This document shows positions 10,472-22,190 of a stretch of DNA of 64,000 nucleotides, one piece after another. The notes beneath the pieces are model-generated. The model saw only the letters and a list, made by a program, of their open reading frames with translations. It was not told the DNA's origin and did not search any database. The stretch lies in NCBI RefSeq assembly GCF_044324875.1, contig NZ_CP172185.1; one strand, given 5' to 3'. The stretch is from Escherichia coli. GTDB lineage: Bacteria > Pseudomonadota > Gammaproteobacteria > Enterobacterales > Enterobacteriaceae. The position numbers were made by a program, and so were the translations under genes. The stretch's first letter is position 1; each line of letters begins with the position of its first letter.

Positions 10472-10624
10472 GCTCGCTGTTTTGTCTCTCTTGCCGTTAA
10501 AAATTAAGCTGAATTTTATAGCATTTTTTTAACTGGCCTGTCAGGCAGTGGTGCGTTTTTCTACCGCTATTGAGGTAGGTCAATTTGCGCAGGCGGATTA
10601 TTTTGTGGCAAACACGTGTTCTTT

Positions 10625-10638
10625 TTGATTTCGCGCAA
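10625..10638 (+). promoter_or_regulatory. Candidate FNR half-site pair TTGAT-N4-CGCAA upstream of fdnG
   Basis: TTGATTTCGCGCAA lies ~70 bp upstream of the fdnG ATG; fdnGHI is known to be anaerobically induced; the second half-site is imperfect. Confidence 0.4.
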
Positions 10639-10702
10639 AAAGATTCAGAATTTTACTGTTAGTTTCCTCGCGCAGTAATACCCCTGAAAAAAGAGGAAAG
10701 CA

Positions 10703-13700
10703 ATGGACGTCAGTCGCAGACAATTTTTTAAAATCTGCGCGGGCGGTATGGCTGGAACAACAGTAGCGGCATTGGGCTTTGCCCCAAAGCAAGCACTGGC
10801 TCAGGCGCGAAACTACAAATTATTACGCGCTAAAGAGATCCGTAACACCTGCACATACTGTTCCGTAGGTTGCGGGCTATTGATGTATAGCCTGGGTGAT
10901 GGCGCGAAAAACGCCAGAGAAGCGATTTATCACATTGAAGGTGACCCGGATCATCCGGTAAGCCGTGGTGCGCTGTGCCCGAAAGGGGCCGGTTTGCTGG
11001 ATTACGTCAACAGCGAAAACCGTCTGCGCTACCCGGAATATCGTGCGCCAGGTTCTGACAAATGGCAGCGCATTAGCTGGGAAGAAGCATTCTCCCGTAT
11101 TGCGAAGCTGATGAAAGCTGACCGTGACGCTAACTTTATTGAAAAGAACGAGCAGGGCGTAACGGTAAACCGTTGGCTTTCTACCGGTATGCTGTGTGCC
11201 TCCGGTGCCAGCAACGAAACCGGGATGCTGACCCAGAAATTTGCCCGCTCCCTCGGGATGCTGGCGGTAGACAACCAGGCGCGCGTCTGACACGGACCAA
11301 CGGTAGCAAGTCTTGCTCCAACATTTGGTCGCGGTGCGATGACCAACCACTGGGTGGATATCAAAAACGCTAACGTCGTGATGGTGATGGGCGGTAACGC
11401 TGCTGAAGCGCATCCCGTCGGTTTCCGCTGGGCGATGGAAGCGAAAAACAACAACGATGCAACCTTGATCGTTGTCGATCCCCGTTTTACGCGTACCGCT
11501 TCTGTAGCGGATATTTACGCACCTATTCGTTCCGGTACGGACATTACGTTCCTGTCTGGCGTTTTGCGCTACCTGATCGAAAACAACAAAATCAATGCCG
11601 AATACGTTAAGCATTACACCAATGCCAGCCTGCTGGTGCGTGATGATTTTGCTTTCGAAGACGGTCTGTTCAGCGGCTACGACGCTGAAAAACGCCAGTA
11701 CGATAAATCGTCCTGGAACTATCAGTTCGATGAAAACGGCTATGCGAAACGCGATGAAACACTGACTCATCCGCGCTGTGTGTGGAACCTGCTGAAAGAG
11801 CACGTTTCCCGCTACACGCCGGATGTAGTAGAAAACATCTGCGGTACGCCAAAAGCCGACTTCCTGAAAGTGTGTGAAGTGCTGGCCTCCACCAGCGCGC
11901 CGGATCGCACCACCACCTTCCTGTACGCGCTGGGCTGGACGCAGCACACCGTGGGTGCGCAGAACATCCGCACCATGGCGATGATCCAATTGCTGCTCGG
12001 TAACATGGGTATGGCTGGTGGCGGCGTGAACGCATTGCGTGGTCACTCCAACATTCAGGGCCTGACTGACTTAGGCCTGCTCTCTACCAGCCTGCCAGGT
12101 TATCTGACGCTGCCGTCAGAAAAACAGGTTGATTTGCAGTCGTATCTGGAAGCGAACACGCCGAAAGCGACGCTGGCTGATCAGGTGAACTACTGGAGCA
12201 ACTATCCGAAGTTCTTCGTTAGCCTGATGAAATCTTTCTACGGCGATGCCGCGCAGAAAGAGAACAACTGGGGCTACGACTGGCTGCCTAAGTGGGACCA
12301 GACCTACGACGTCATCAAGTATTTCAACATGATGGATGAAGGCAAAGTCACCGGTTATTTCTGCCAGGGCTTTAACCCGGTTGCGTCCTTCCCGGACAAA
12401 AACAAAGTGGTGAGCTGCCTGAGCAAGCTGAAGTACATGGTGGTTATCGATCCGCTGGTGACTGAAACTTCTACCTTCTGGCAGAACCACGGCGAGTCGA
12501 ACGATGTCGATCCGGCGTCTATTCAGACTGAGGTATTCCGTCTGCCTTCGACCTGCTTTGCTGAAGAAGATGGTTCTATCGCTAACTCCGGTCGCTGGTT
12601 GCAGTGGCACTGGAAAGGTCAGGATGCGCCGGGCGAAGCGCGTAACGACGGCGAAATTCTGGCGGGTATCTACCATCATCTGCGCGAGCTGTACCAGGCC
12701 GAAGGTGGTAAAGGCGTAGAACCGCTGATGAAGATGAGCTGGAACTACAAGCAGCCGCACGAACCGCAGTCTGACGAAGTGGCGAAAGAGAATAACGGCT
12801 ATGCGCTGGAAGATCTCTATGATGCTAATGGCGTGCTGATTGCGAAGAAAGGTCAGTTGCTGAGTAGCTTTGCGCATCTGCGTGATGACGGTACAACCGC
12901 ATCTTCTTGCTGGATCTACACCGGTAGCTGGACAGAGCAGGGCAACCAGATGGCTAACCGCGATAACTCCGACCCGTCCGGTCTGGGGAATACGCTGGGA
13001 TGGGCCTGGGCGTGGCCGCTCAACCGTCGCGTACTCTACAACCGTGCTTCGGTGGATATCAACGGTAAACCGTGGGATCCGAAACGGATGCTGATCCAGT
13101 GGAACGGCAGCAAGTGGACGGGTAACGATATTCCGGACTTCGGCAATGCCGCACCGGGTACGCCAACCGGGCCGTTTATCATGCAGCCGGAAGGGATGGG
13201 ACGCCTGTTTGCCATCAACAAAATGGCGGAAGGTCCGTTCCCGGAGCACTACGAGCCAATTGAAACGCCGCTGGGCACTAACCCGCTGCATCCGAACGTG
13301 GTGTCTAACCCGGTGGTTCGTCTGTATGAACAAGACGCGCTGCGGATGGGTAAAAAAGAGCAGTTCCCGTATGTGGGTACGACCTATCGTCTGACCGAGC
13401 ACTTCCACACCTGGACCAAGCACGCGTTGCTCAACGCAATTGCTCAGCCGGAACAGTTTGTGGAAATCAGCGAAACGCTGGCGGCGGCGAAAGGCATTAA
13501 TAATGGCGATCGTGTCACTGTCTCAAGCAAGCGTGGCTTTATCCGGGCGGTGGCGGTGGTAACGCGCCGTCTGAAACCGCTGAATGTAAACGGTCAGCAG
13601 GTTGAAACGGTGGGTATTCCAATCCACTGGGGCTTTGAGGGTGTCGCGCGTAAAGGTTATATCGCTAACACTCTGACGCCGAATGTCGGTGATGCAAACT

Positions 13701-13750
13701 CGCAAACGCCGGAATATAAAGCGTTCTTAGTAAACATCGAGAAGGCGTAA
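10703..13750 (+). CDS. fdnG: Formate dehydrogenase-N alpha subunit, selenocysteine-containing molybdoenzyme with Tat signal
   Basis: Two same-frame ORFs (10703-11290 and 11339-13750) joined by an in-frame TGA at 11288-11290 (Sec196); twin-arginine motif SRRQFFK; 1015 aa total. Confidence 0.95.
11288..11335 (+). other. Selenocysteine recoding site: UGA plus putative SECIS stem-loop immediately 3'
   Basis: In-frame TGA followed by CACGGACCAACGGTAGCAAGTCTTGCTCCAACATTTGGTC, which can pair (GGACCAA with TTGGTC, AGCAAG with CTTGCT); exact fold not computed. Confidence 0.6.
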
Positions 13751-13762
13751 GGGGGCGAACAG

Positions 13763-14647
13763 ATGGCTATGGAAACGCAGGACATTATCAAAAGGTCCGC
13801 AACTAACTCCATCACGCCGCCTTCTCAGGTGCGTGATTACAAAGCAGAAGTCGCGAAACTTATCGACGTTTCCACCTGTATCGGTTGTAAAGCCTGTCAG
13901 GTGGCGTGTTCGGAGTGGAACGACATCCGTGATGAAGTGGGGCACTGCGTCGGGGTTTACGATAACCCCGCCGATCTGAGCGCCAAGTCCTGGACGGTGA
14001 TGCGCTTTAGCGAAACCGAACAGAACGGCAAGCTGGAGTGGCTGATCCGTAAAGACGGCTGTATGCACTGTGAAGATCCGGGCTGCCTGAAGGCGTGCCC
14101 GTCTGCTGGTGCAATCATTCAGTACGCTAACGGGATTGTCGATTTCCAGTCGGAAAACTGCATCGGCTGTGGTTACTGCATTGCCGGGTGTCCGTTTAAT
14201 ATTCCGCGCCTCAACAAAGAGGATAACCGGGTATATAAATGCACGCTCTGCGTCGATCGCGTCAGCGTCGGCCAGGAACCGGCTTGTGTGAAAACCTGTC
14301 CGACCGGGGCTATCCACTTCGGCACCAAGAAGGAGATGCTGGAGCTGGCGGAACAGCGCGTGGCGAAACTGAAAGCGCGTGGTTACGAACATGCTGGCGT
14401 CTACAACCCGGAAGGGGTCGGTGGTACGCACGTTATGTACGTGCTGCATCACGCCGATCAGCCGGAGCTGTATCACGGTCTGCCGAAAGATCCGAAGATC
14501 GACACCTCGGTAAGCCTGTGGAAAGGCGCGTTGAAACCGCTGGCAGCGGCTGGCTTTATTGCCACTTTTGCCGGGTTGATTTTCCACTACATCGGTATTG
14601 GCCCGAATAAGGAAGTGGACGATGACGAGGAGGATCATCATGAGTAA
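13763..14647 (+). CDS. fdnH: Formate dehydrogenase-N iron-sulfur (beta) subunit
   Basis: 294 aa with four Cys-x2-Cys-x2-Cys-x3-Cys ferredoxin motifs and a C-terminal TM anchor. Confidence 0.95.
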   Translation: MAMETQDIIKRSATNSITPPSQVRDYKAEVAKLIDVSTCIGCKACQVACSEWNDIRDEVGHCVGVYDNPADLSAKSWTVMRFSETEQNGKLEWLIRKDGCMHCEDPGCLKACPSAGAIIQYANGIVDFQSENCIGCGYCIAGCPFNIPRLNKEDNRVYKCTLCVDRVSVGQEPACVKTCPTGAIHFGTKKEMLELAEQRVAKLKARGYEHAGVYNPEGVGGTHVMYVLHHADQPELYHGLPKDPKIDTSVSLWKGALKPLAAAGFIATFAGLIFHYIGIGPNKEVDDDEEDHHE

Positions 14648-15293
14648 GTCGAAAATGATTGTGCGCACCAAATTTATTGATCGCGCCTGTCACTGGACCG
14701 TGGTGATTTGCTTCTTCCTGGTGGCGCTGTCCGGGATTTCGTTCTTCTTCCCGACGCTGCAATGGCTGACGCAAACCTTCGGTACGCCGCAGATGGGACG
14801 CATTTTGCACCCGTTCTTCGGCATTGCGATTTTCGTCGCGCTGATGTTTATGTTTGTGCGTTTTGTGCATCACAACATCCCGGATAAGAAAGATATTCCG
14901 TGGCTGTTGGACATTGTCGAAGTATTAAAAGGCAATGAGCACAAAGTGGCGGATGTCGGTAAGTACAACGCCGGGCAAAAGATGATGTTCTGGTCGATCA
15001 TGAGCATGATTTTCGTGCTGCTGGTGACCGGGGTGATTATCTGGCGTCCGTACTTTGCGCAGTACTTCCCGATACAGGTTGTCCGTTATAGCCTGCTGAT
15101 CCACGCGGCTGCGGGTATCATCCTGATCCACGCCATCCTGATCCATATGTATATGGCATTCTGGGTGAAAGGATCGATTAAAGGGATGATCGAAGGAAAG
15201 GTGAGCCGTCGCTGGGCGAAGAAACACCATCCACGCTGGTATCGTGAAATCGAGAAGGCGGAAGCGAAAAAAGAGAGTGAAGAAGGGATATAA
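14640..15293 (+). CDS. fdnI: Formate dehydrogenase-N cytochrome b556 (gamma) subunit
   Basis: ORF 14598-15293; start set at ATG 14640 ([19 protein letters not shown]), overlapping the fdnH stop by 8 nt; 217 aa. Confidence 0.93.
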   Translation: MSKSKMIVRTKFIDRACHWTVVICFFLVALSGISFFFPTLQWLTQTFGTPQMGRILHPFFGIAIFVALMFMFVRFVHHNIPDKKDIPWLLDIVEVLKGNEHKVADVGKYNAGQKMMFWSIMSMIFVLLVTGVIIWRPYFAQYFPIQVVRYSLLIHAAAGIILIHAILIHMYMAFWVKGSIKGMIEGKVSRRWAKKHHPRWYREIEKAEAKKESEEGI

Positions 15294-15372
15294 TCTCTTT
15301 TGAACTTTAAGCTGAAAATGGCGCTGTAAAAGGCGTCATTTTCATATTGTAGACAACGTAGGCTTTGTTCAT

Positions 15373-15469
15373 GCCGGATGCGGCGTGACGCCTTATCCGG
15401 CCTACAAACCCTTCAAATCCAATAGATTGCAGTGAACTTGTAGGCCTGATAAGCGTAGCGCATCAGGCA
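15373..15469. repeat. REP pair (BIME-like): two inverted REP copies
   Basis: GCCGGATGCGGCGTGACGCCTTATCCGGCCTAC (15373-15405) and the inverted copy GTAGGCCTGATAAGCGTAGCGCATCAGGC (15441-15469). Confidence 0.85.
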
Positions 15470-15487
15470 ATGTTGCGTTTGTCATCA

Positions 15488-16196
15488 GTTCTAAATGGCG
15501 CTTTATAAAGCGCCATTTTTTTGTGCACAGAAAACCCCCAGCTAGGCTGGGGGTTCCGGAAAGCTTTCAGCTTTGAGCCAGTTATTAAAACCCCTTTTGA
15601 TTTGTTAAAACACCTTGCGGTCTGGCAACTGCAAGTGTCAAACAAGAAATCAAAAGGGGGTCCCAATGGGGAACGAAAAGAGCTTAGCGCACACCCGATG
15701 GAACTGTAAATATCACATAGTATTTGCGCCAAAATACCGAAGACAGGTGTTCTACAGAGAGAAGCGTAGAGCAATAGGCTGTATTTTGAGAAAGCTGTGT
15801 GAGTGGAAAAGTGTACGGATTCTGGAAGCTGAATGCTGTGCAGATCATATCCATATGCTTGTGGAGATCCCGCCCAAAATGAGCGTATCAGGCTTTATGG
15901 GATATCTGAAAGGGAAAAGCAGTCTGATGCTTTACGAGCAGTTTGGTGATTTGAAATTCAAATACAGGAACAGGGAGTTCTGGTGCAGAGGGTATTACGT
16001 CGATACGGTGGGTAAGAACACGGCGAAGATACAGGATTACATAAAGCACCAGCTTGAAGAGGATAAAATGGGAGAGCAGTTATCGATTCCCTATCCGGGC
16101 AGCCCGTTTACGGGCCGTAAGTAACGAAGTTGGATGCAAATGTCAGATCGTGTGCGCCTGTTAGGGCGCGGCTGGTAAGAGAGCCTTATAGGCGCA
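15488..16196 (+). mobile_element. IS200 (IS200/IS605 family), approximate boundaries
   Basis: Contains an IS200 TnpA gene; left end has the palindrome AATGGCGCTTTATAAAGCGCCATT followed by a T-run and a second hairpin CCCCCAGC-TAGG-CTGGGGG, both characteristic of IS200; ends placed by expected ~0.7 kb length, not by alignment. Confidence 0.7.
15666..16124 (+). CDS. tnpA: IS200 transposase TnpA (HUH/Y1 single-strand transposase)
   Basis: MGNEKSLAHTRWNCKYHIVFAPKYRRQVFY ... HIHMLVEIPPK (HuH motif); AAAGGGGG ribosome-binding site; 152 aa. Confidence 0.93.
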   Translation: MGNEKSLAHTRWNCKYHIVFAPKYRRQVFYREKRRAIGCILRKLCEWKSVRILEAECCADHIHMLVEIPPKMSVSGFMGYLKGKSSLMLYEQFGDLKFKYRNREFWCRGYYVDTVGKNTAKIQDYIKHQLEEDKMGEQLSIPYPGSPFTGRK

Positions 16197-16225
16197 TTTG
16201 AAAAACCTCCGGCTATGCCGGAGGA
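16197..16225 (-). terminator. Rho-independent terminator downstream of higA
   Basis: Hairpin CCTCCGGC-ATA-GCCGGAGG followed by TTTTT on the minus strand, immediately 3' of the higA stop. Confidence 0.65.
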
Positions 16226-16231
16226 TATTTA

Positions 16232-16516
16232 TTATTGCGTAACCAGACGGCGCAGTCGCGACACATCCACCGTTTTTTCTGCCTCTGCCAGACTCCAGGC
16301 GTTTTGCAGATTCAGCCACATTTGCGGCGAACTGCCGATCACCACGGAAAGTTTAATTGCCATTTCTGGCGTCAAAGCTGCTTTTCCGGTCAGCAATCGG
16401 CTTGCCGTTGAGGGCGCAATTTCCATTGCTCTGGCAAACTCGCGCAGGCTGACATTAAGTTCGTCCAGTGATTCCTGAATAATGTCCCCCGGGCGGGGAT
16501 GATTGGCCATTTTCAT
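16232..16516 (-). CDS. yddM: HigA-family antitoxin (XRE-type HTH)
   Basis: 94 aa; [45 protein letters not shown] is a classic HigA/VapI HTH; start overlaps upstream toxin stop by 1 nt (ATGA). Confidence 0.85.
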
Positions 16517-16794
16517 CAGTGATAGTCCTCGTAATCCAGTATGTATGCATCGCCATTGACGAATTCAAATGTGATTCGCCAGTTGCCCGAGACAGATATC
16601 GCCCAAATTCCATCGCGATCACCGCTTAACGGGTGTAGTCGGTAACCGGGCATATCGATATCAGCAAGACAGCTTGCTGCATCAATCACAGCGAGTCGGT
16701 GGCGTAATCGTTTGACTTGCGTCGGTATAACGCCGGAGGTGTTGCCGAGAAGAAACAAGTCACGCAATCCCTTGTGTCTGAAATTCATTATCAT
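16516..16794 (-). CDS. higB: HigB-family toxin (RelE/ParE superfamily, killer-protein type)
   Basis: 92 aa ending [21 protein letters not shown], the typical HigB C-terminus; translationally coupled to the antitoxin. Confidence 0.8.
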
Positions 16795-16805
16795 CTCTTC
16801 ATCCT

Positions 16806-16824
16806 TGTTCCTTCAAAAGGAACA
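16806..16824. promoter_or_regulatory. Palindrome TGTTCCTT-CAA-AAGGAACA just upstream of higB; candidate HigA operator
   Basis: Perfect 8-bp inverted repeat with 3-bp spacer, 12-30 bp upstream of the higB start codon. Confidence 0.4.
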
Positions 16825-16979
16825 CTATCACTATTGTTCCGTGCAGCGCAACAAATTTCGCTACGTTTTCGCGAATTGTGAGGGGAAAGATGGGGGAGGA
16901 AAAGAAGAAGAGTGAAATTGCGGAAAGCGTCTCGCAAAACAGGCTGCGACCCGAACATGGCAGTCGCAGCAAAGGCCTC

Positions 16980-17990
16980 TTAGCGGCGGAAATCAATCAC
17001 CATACGGCCACGGATTTTGCCTTCTTCCATCTCGGTAAAGATGGTGTTGATGTCCGCTAACGGACGCAGGGCGACTTTCGGCACCACTTTGCCTTCGGCC
17101 GCAAACTGGAAGGCTTCGGTTAGATCCTGGCGCGTGCCGACCAGCGAACCGACCACTTCAATACCATCCAGCACAAGGCGTGGGATGTCCAGGCTCATAG
17201 ACTCCGGCGGCAGACCGACAGCCACAACACGACCGCCTGCTCGTACAGCATCAACCGCCGAGTTAAACGCAGCTTTAGCTACCGCTGTCACCACCGCGGC
17301 GTGAGCGCCACCGGTTTTTTCTTGCACAATTTTGGCGGCGTCTTCGGTGCGTGAGTTAATCGCTAAATCTGCACCCATTTCGGTTGCCAGTTTCAACTGC
17401 TCATCATTGACATCAATGGCGATCACTTTGGCGTTAAAGACATTCTTCGCGTATTGCAGGGCGAGGTTACCCAGACCGCCAAGACCGTAGATAGCAATCC
17501 ACTGCCCTGGACGAATTTTTGACAGCTTAACGGCTTTGTAGGTGGTGACCCCCGCACAGGTAATGCTGCTGGCCGCCGCCGAGTCCAGACCATCTGGCAC
17601 TTTTACCGCGTAATCGGCGACCACGATGCACTCTTCCGCCATCCCGCCATCAACGCTGTATCCGGCATTTTTAACTGAACGGCAGAGCGTTTCGTTACCA
17701 CTGTTACAGTATTCGCAATGACCGCATCCTTCGTAAAACCACGCCACGCTGGCACGATCGCCTGGTTTTAATGAGGTGACACCTGGGCCAACTTCTGCCA
17801 CCACACCGATGCCTTCATGGCCCAGAATTACGCCGGTTTTGTCACCAAAATCGCCATTCTTAACATGAAGATCGGTGTGACATACACCACAACACTCCAT
17901 TTTCAGCAGGGCTTCGCCATGTTTCAGTGAGCGCAGTGTTTTATCCGTAACGTCAACATGATGATCCTTCGTAACAACTGCAGCCTTCAT
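16980..17990 (-). CDS. adhP: Zinc-dependent alcohol dehydrogenase, propanol-preferring
   Basis: ORF 16980-18020; start set at ATG 17990 ([14 protein letters not shown]) with AGGAGGAACT ribosome-binding site; 336 aa; GHEGIGVV zinc-ADH signature. Confidence 0.93.
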   Translation of the reverse strand: MKAAVVTKDHHVDVTDKTLRSLKHGEALLKMECCGVCHTDLHVKNGDFGDKTGVILGHEGIGVVAEVGPGVTSLKPGDRASVAWFYEGCGHCEYCNSGNETLCRSVKNAGYSVDGGMAEECIVVADYAVKVPDGLDSAAASSITCAGVTTYKAVKLSKIRPGQWIAIYGLGGLGNLALQYAKNVFNAKVIAIDVNDEQLKLATEMGADLAINSRTEDAAKIVQEKTGGAHAAVVTAVAKAAFNSAVDAVRAGGRVVAVGLPPESMSLDIPRLVLDGIEVVGSLVGTRQDLTEAFQFAAEGKVVPKVALRPLADINTIFTEMEEGKIRGRMVIDFRR

Positions 17991-18123
17991 AGTTCCTCCT
18001 TTTCGGATGATGTTCTGCATAGCAGGTGAGGCAAATGAGATTTATTCGCCACTACCCAGTATGGATGAGATCTGAAAAAGGGAGAGGGAAATTGCCCGGT
18101 AGCCTTCACTACCGGGCGCAGGC

Positions 18124-19821
18124 TTAGATGGAGGTACGGCGGTAGTCGCGGTATTCGGCCTGCCAGAAATTATCATCAATGGCCTGTTGCAGAGCTTCGG
18201 CGGAGGTTTTCACCGCCACGCCTTGCTGCTGCGCCATTTTGCCAACCGCAAAGGCAATTGCGCGGGAGACTTTCTGAATATCTTTCAGTTCCGGTAGTAC
18301 CAGACCTTCGCCGTTCAGGACCAGCGGCGAATACTGAGCAAGCGTTTCACTTGCCGACATCAGCATCTCATCGGTGATACGTGACGCGCCGGAAGCAATA
18401 ACGCCCAGCCCGATGCCCGGGAAAATAAAGGCGTTGTTACACTGGGCGATAGGGTAGATTTTATCTTTCCATACCACTGGGTTAAACGGACTGCCAGTGG
18501 CGACCAGCGCGTTACCTTCAGTCCAGGCGATAATGTCCTGCGGTGTGGCTTCCACGCGTGAAGTCGGGTTAGACAGCGGCATCACGATCGGACGCGGACA
18601 GTGTTTATGCATCTCACGGATGATCTCTTCCGTAAACAGCCCGGTCTGTCCTGAGACGCCAATCAGAATATCTGGTTTTACATTACGCACCACATCCAGC
18701 AGTGACAGCACATCGCTGTCGGTATCCCAGTCACTGAGGTTTTCGCGTTTCTGCACCAGTTTGGTCTGGAAAGGCAGCAGGTTCGGCATCTTGTCGGTCA
18801 GCAGGCCAAAGCGATCGACCATAAAGACTTTCTGCCGCGCCGCTTCCTCGCTTAATCCTTCGCGCTGGGTCTGGGCGATGATCATTTCGGCAATGCCGCA
18901 TCCCGCTGAACCTGCGCCAAGGAAGACGATTTTTTTCTCGCTCAGTTGACCACCCGCCGCGCGGCTGGCTGCGATCAGTGTGCCGACCGTTACCGCCGCG
19001 GTGCCCTGAATGTCATCGTTAAAAGAACAAATTTCATTGCGATAGCGGTTAAGTAACGGCATCGCATTTTTTTGTGCGAAGTCTTCAAACTGCAACAGCA
19101 CGTCCGGCCAGCGTTGTTTCACAGCCTGGATAAATTCATCAACGAATTCATAGTATTCGTCGTCAGTGATACGCGGATTACGCCAGCCCATATACAGCGG
19201 ATCGTTAAGCAGCTGTTGGTTGTTCGTTCCGACATCCAGCACCACCGGAAGGGTATACGCCGGGCTGATGCCGCCACAAGCGGTATAGAGCGACAGTTTA
19301 CCGATCGGAATGCCCATCCCGCCGATGCCCTGGTCACCAAGCCCCAGAATACGTTCGCCGTCAGTCACCACAATCACTTTAATATTATGGTTCGGCACGT
19401 TTTGCAGAATATCGTCCATATTGTGGCGGTTCTGGTAAGAGATAAACACGCCGCGTGAACGGCGGTAGATCTCAGAAAAACGCTCACAGGCTGCGCCGAC
19501 GGTTGGGGTATAAATAACAGGCATCATCTCATCAAGATGATTGTTTACCAGACGGTAGAAGAGGGTTTCGTTAGTGTCCTGGATGTTACGCAGGTAGATG
19601 TGTTTGTCGATTTCGGTTTTGAATCCCTGATACTGGATCCATGCTCGTTCCGCTTGTTCTTCGATGGTTTCGACCACTTCCGGCAGTAACCCCAGCAGGT
19701 TGAAGTTACGGCGTTCTTCCATGCTGAAGGCGCTGCCTTTATTCAACAACGGAAATTCCAGCAGTACAGGGCCAGCGTAAGGAATATAAAGCGAACGCTG
19801 TTTTTTTGTTTTTGGTTCCAT
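18124..19821 (-). CDS. maeA: NAD-dependent malic enzyme
   Basis: ORF 18124-19857; start set at ATG 19821 ([23 protein letters not shown]); 565 aa; start could be 12 codons further upstream. Confidence 0.92.
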   Translation of the reverse strand: MEPKTKKQRSLYIPYAGPVLLEFPLLNKGSAFSMEERRNFNLLGLLPEVVETIEEQAERAWIQYQGFKTEIDKHIYLRNIQDTNETLFYRLVNNHLDEMMPVIYTPTVGAACERFSEIYRRSRGVFISYQNRHNMDDILQNVPNHNIKVIVVTDGERILGLGDQGIGGMGIPIGKLSLYTACGGISPAYTLPVVLDVGTNNQQLLNDPLYMGWRNPRITDDEYYEFVDEFIQAVKQRWPDVLLQFEDFAQKNAMPLLNRYRNEICSFNDDIQGTAAVTVGTLIAASRAAGGQLSEKKIVFLGAGSAGCGIAEMIIAQTQREGLSEEAARQKVFMVDRFGLLTDKMPNLLPFQTKLVQKRENLSDWDTDSDVLSLLDVVRNVKPDILIGVSGQTGLFTEEIIREMHKHCPRPIVMPLSNPTSRVEATPQDIIAWTEGNALVATGSPFNPVVWKDKIYPIAQCNNAFIFPGIGLGVIASGASRITDEMLMSASETLAQYSPLVLNGEGLVLPELKDIQKVSRAIAFAVGKMAQQQGVAVKTSAEALQQAIDDNFWQAEYRDYRRTSI

Positions 19822-19977
19822 GTCACTCACTCTTTTTTGAATATCCATCCCTGGCACGCTTTTATCGTCTTTGCTTTACCGCCAGGGCGTCGGCCCCAAG
19901 TATAAAGCAGATAAAAACAAAAACACCATTGCGCAGGCAATGGTGTTTAATCGTCATTGAGGACTGATGGTTATGAA

Positions 19978-20115
19978 TTACTTTTCAGCGGGGCGTTTTC
20001 TGCCGGTTGGGTTATTTACCACGCTGGATTTGTCACCTTCGGTAACTATTTTGCGCTGGTTAGAAATTTTATGGTCCAGTCCAAGAATATGACGTGCCTG
20101 ACGGTTCGATTTCAT
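19978..20115 (-). CDS. sra: Stationary-phase-induced ribosome-associated protein (30S protein S22), 45 aa
   Basis: Hand translation gives [45 protein letters not shown]; not in the supplied ORF list because of its size. Confidence 0.85.
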
Positions 20116-20216
20116 TTTAACTCCTCAATCCTGTTGCTAGTTTTAAGGACAACATCGCCGTAGCGAAGAAACACGTGCTAAACCCCTAAATTAGGTTGCC
20201 GATCAAGCATAGCACC

Positions 20217-20432
20217 TTAAAGCGTAGGGTGCTGGCCACTGACCACATAATTGATCGTTTGCTGGTAGATATCACTGAGGATGTCGTTATCAGAAGCTTC
20301 CACCCATTTGGTCAGCTCCATGAGAATGTCATCTTCAGTGACAACACCGTGCTCTGCCCGAAGGCCTTGCTCAATGGCATTAACCAGAGCGGGTTCTGCT
20401 GTTGAATTTTCTGCCTGATAATAAGTAAACAT
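20217..20432 (-). CDS. bdm: Biofilm-dependent modulation protein
   Basis: ORF 20217-20495; start set at internal ATG 20432 (MFTYYQAENSTAEPALVNAIEQGL); 71 aa. Confidence 0.85.
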   Translation of the reverse strand: MFTYYQAENSTAEPALVNAIEQGLRAEHGVVTEDDILMELTKWVEASDNDILSDIYQQTINYVVSGQHPTL

Positions 20433-20776
20433 AGCGATTCTCCGTGTCTGTGTATTTTTGGTGTCTGCTACGGATCGCAGATATATAAAGCACATTCAGC
20501 ATGGCAAATATTTGCCGCTTCGTTGTTAAGATTAGTCCTGGTTGATAATTTTTATATTATAACACCATGATATTCATAGGGATTGTAATTGGGGCGATCC
20601 GATTAATATTGATACAATATCTTTTGGATTATATATTCCCCGTTATCTATTGTGGGAATTTAATTTAAGTACAGAGATAATGTTTTCGCCGGATTTTATT
20701 CGGAATATCCTGCTTATCCTCGTGCGGTTTCTCACGTAGTCTATAATTTCCTTTTTAAGCCCACAGGAGAGCAACA

Positions 20777-21208
20777 ATGACAATCCATAAGAAAGGTCAG
20801 GCACACTGGGAAGGCGATATCAAACGCGGGAAGGGAACTGTATCCACCGAGAGCGGCGTGCTGAACCAACAGCCGTATGGATTTAACACGCGTTTTGAAG
20901 GCGAAAAAGGAACCAACCCTGAAGAACTGATTGGCGCAGCGCATGCCGCATGTTTCTCAATGGCGCTTTCATTAATGCTGGGGGAAGCGGGATTCACGCC
21001 AACATCGATTGATACCACCGCCGATGTGTCGCTGGATAAAGTGGATGCAGGTTTTGCGATTACTAAAATCGCACTGAAGAGCGAAGTTGCGGTGCCGGGT
21101 ATTGATGCCTCTACTTTTGACGGCATTATCCAGAAAGCAAAAGCAGGATGCCCGGTTTCTCAGGTACTGAAAGCTGAAATTACGCTTGATTACCAGTTGA
21201 AATCGTAA
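20777..21208 (+). CDS. osmC: Osmotically inducible peroxiredoxin OsmC
   Basis: 143 aa; MTIHKKGQAHWEGDIKRGKGTVSTESG; GGAG ribosome-binding site; divergent from bdm across an AT-rich promoter region. Confidence 0.95.
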   Translation: MTIHKKGQAHWEGDIKRGKGTVSTESGVLNQQPYGFNTRFEGEKGTNPEELIGAAHAACFSMALSLMLGEAGFTPTSIDTTADVSLDKVDAGFAITKIALKSEVAVPGIDASTFDGIIQKAKAGCPVSQVLKAEITLDYQLKS

Positions 21209-21213
21209 AGCGT

Positions 21214-21250
21214 TGCCGGATGACGCGTCAGGCGCGTGATTGCCTGATGC
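21214..21250. repeat. REP-like palindromic element downstream of osmC
   Basis: GCCGGATGACGCGTCAGGCGCGTGATTGCCTGATGCG resembles REP units; also sits where an osmC terminator would be. Confidence 0.55.
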
Positions 21251-21263
21251 GTTGTTAGCGTCT

Positions 21264-22190
21264 CTACAGCGCCCGCCAGCACCGGATCTCACGTCCGTCC
21301 TCCCTTATTGTTAATGATTGCCGGACTTCACATCCGTGGGTTGCCAGAGGGCAGCGTTCGCGGAAAAAACAGCCTTGTGGCAACGTGCGGTTTCCTGGTA
21401 GATCCGTTTTACGTAATGCCCATTCTTCCTCCAGCGGTTTATCAATGGCGGGGAGGGAATCCAGCAATAATCGGGTGTATGGATGTGCCGGAGCTGTCAG
21501 CACCTGTTGCGCGTCTCCTAGTTCCACAATCTGTCCGAGATACATCACCGCCACCCGATCGCTCATATGACGTATCACCGAGACATTGTGTGAAATCAGC
21601 ACATAAGTCAGCCCGCGATTTTCCTGTAGCGTTACCAGTAAATTGAGGATCTGCGCCTGCACGGAGATATCCAGCGCCGAGGTTGGTTCATCAAGCACAA
21701 TCACGTCAGGCTGCGAAGAGAGTGCTCTGGCAATGGCGATACGTTGCCGCTGCCCGCCTGAGAACGCATGAGGAAAGCGATCGAGATACTCCGGACGAAT
21801 ACCCACCTGCACAGCCAGCTCCTCTGCCAACGCTCGCCGCTGTTGTTCACTACTACGCTTAGCTATCCAGAGCGGTTCTGTGATGATGCGCCACACCGGT
21901 AAGCGCGGATTGAGCGAAGAGAGCGGGTCCTGAAACACCATCTGCATAATGCGTTGTGATCTTGAACGGATGTACTGCCCGTGGCTCGGTTGCAGCATAC
22001 CCATTAAAAGCTGTGCGAGGGTGCTTTTGCCGCAGCCTGACTCACCGACGATCCCTAAGGTTTCACTACGACGGATCTGTAAATCAATACCATTGATGGC
22101 ATGAACATGTTCCGTAGTTTTACCAAGCCAGTTTTTTCGGGCCGGGAAATTGATATGGACGTCGCGTAACGTTAATAACGTGTCAGACAC
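21264..22190 (-). CDS. ddpF: D,D-dipeptide ABC transporter ATP-binding protein
   Basis: ORF 21264-22244; start set at GTG 22190 (VSDTLLTLRDVHINF) to give 308 aa; Walker A GESGCGKST. Confidence 0.88.
   Translation of the reverse strand: MSDTLLTLRDVHINFPARKNWLGKTTEHVHAINGIDLQIRRSETLGIVGESGCGKSTLAQLLMGMLQPSHGQYIRSRSQRIMQMVFQDPLSSLNPRLPVWRIITEPLWIAKRSSEQQRRALAEELAVQVGIRPEYLDRFPHAFSGGQRQRIAIARALSSQPDVIVLDEPTSALDISVQAQILNLLVTLQENRGLTYVLISHNVSVIRHMSDRVAVMYLGQIVELGDAQQVLTAPAHPYTRLLLDSLPAIDKPLEEEWALRKTDLPGNRTLPQGCFFRERCPLATHGCEVRQSLTIREDGREIRCWRAL

Noticed and set aside
10877-12046. 389-aa minus-strand ORF overlapping the fdnG 5' half
   Set aside because: Same reasoning: antisense artefact, with no recognisable domain in the translation.
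12116-13423. 435-aa minus-strand ORF inside fdnG
   Set aside because: Antisense to a well-supported selenoprotein gene; Arg/His/Val-rich low-complexity translation typical of the reverse strand of GC-rich coding DNA; no ribosome-binding site.
19978-20115. sra considered as a small-RNA gene
   Set aside because: It encodes a 45-aa ribosome-associated protein with a clean ORF; there is no evidence for a non-coding RNA here.
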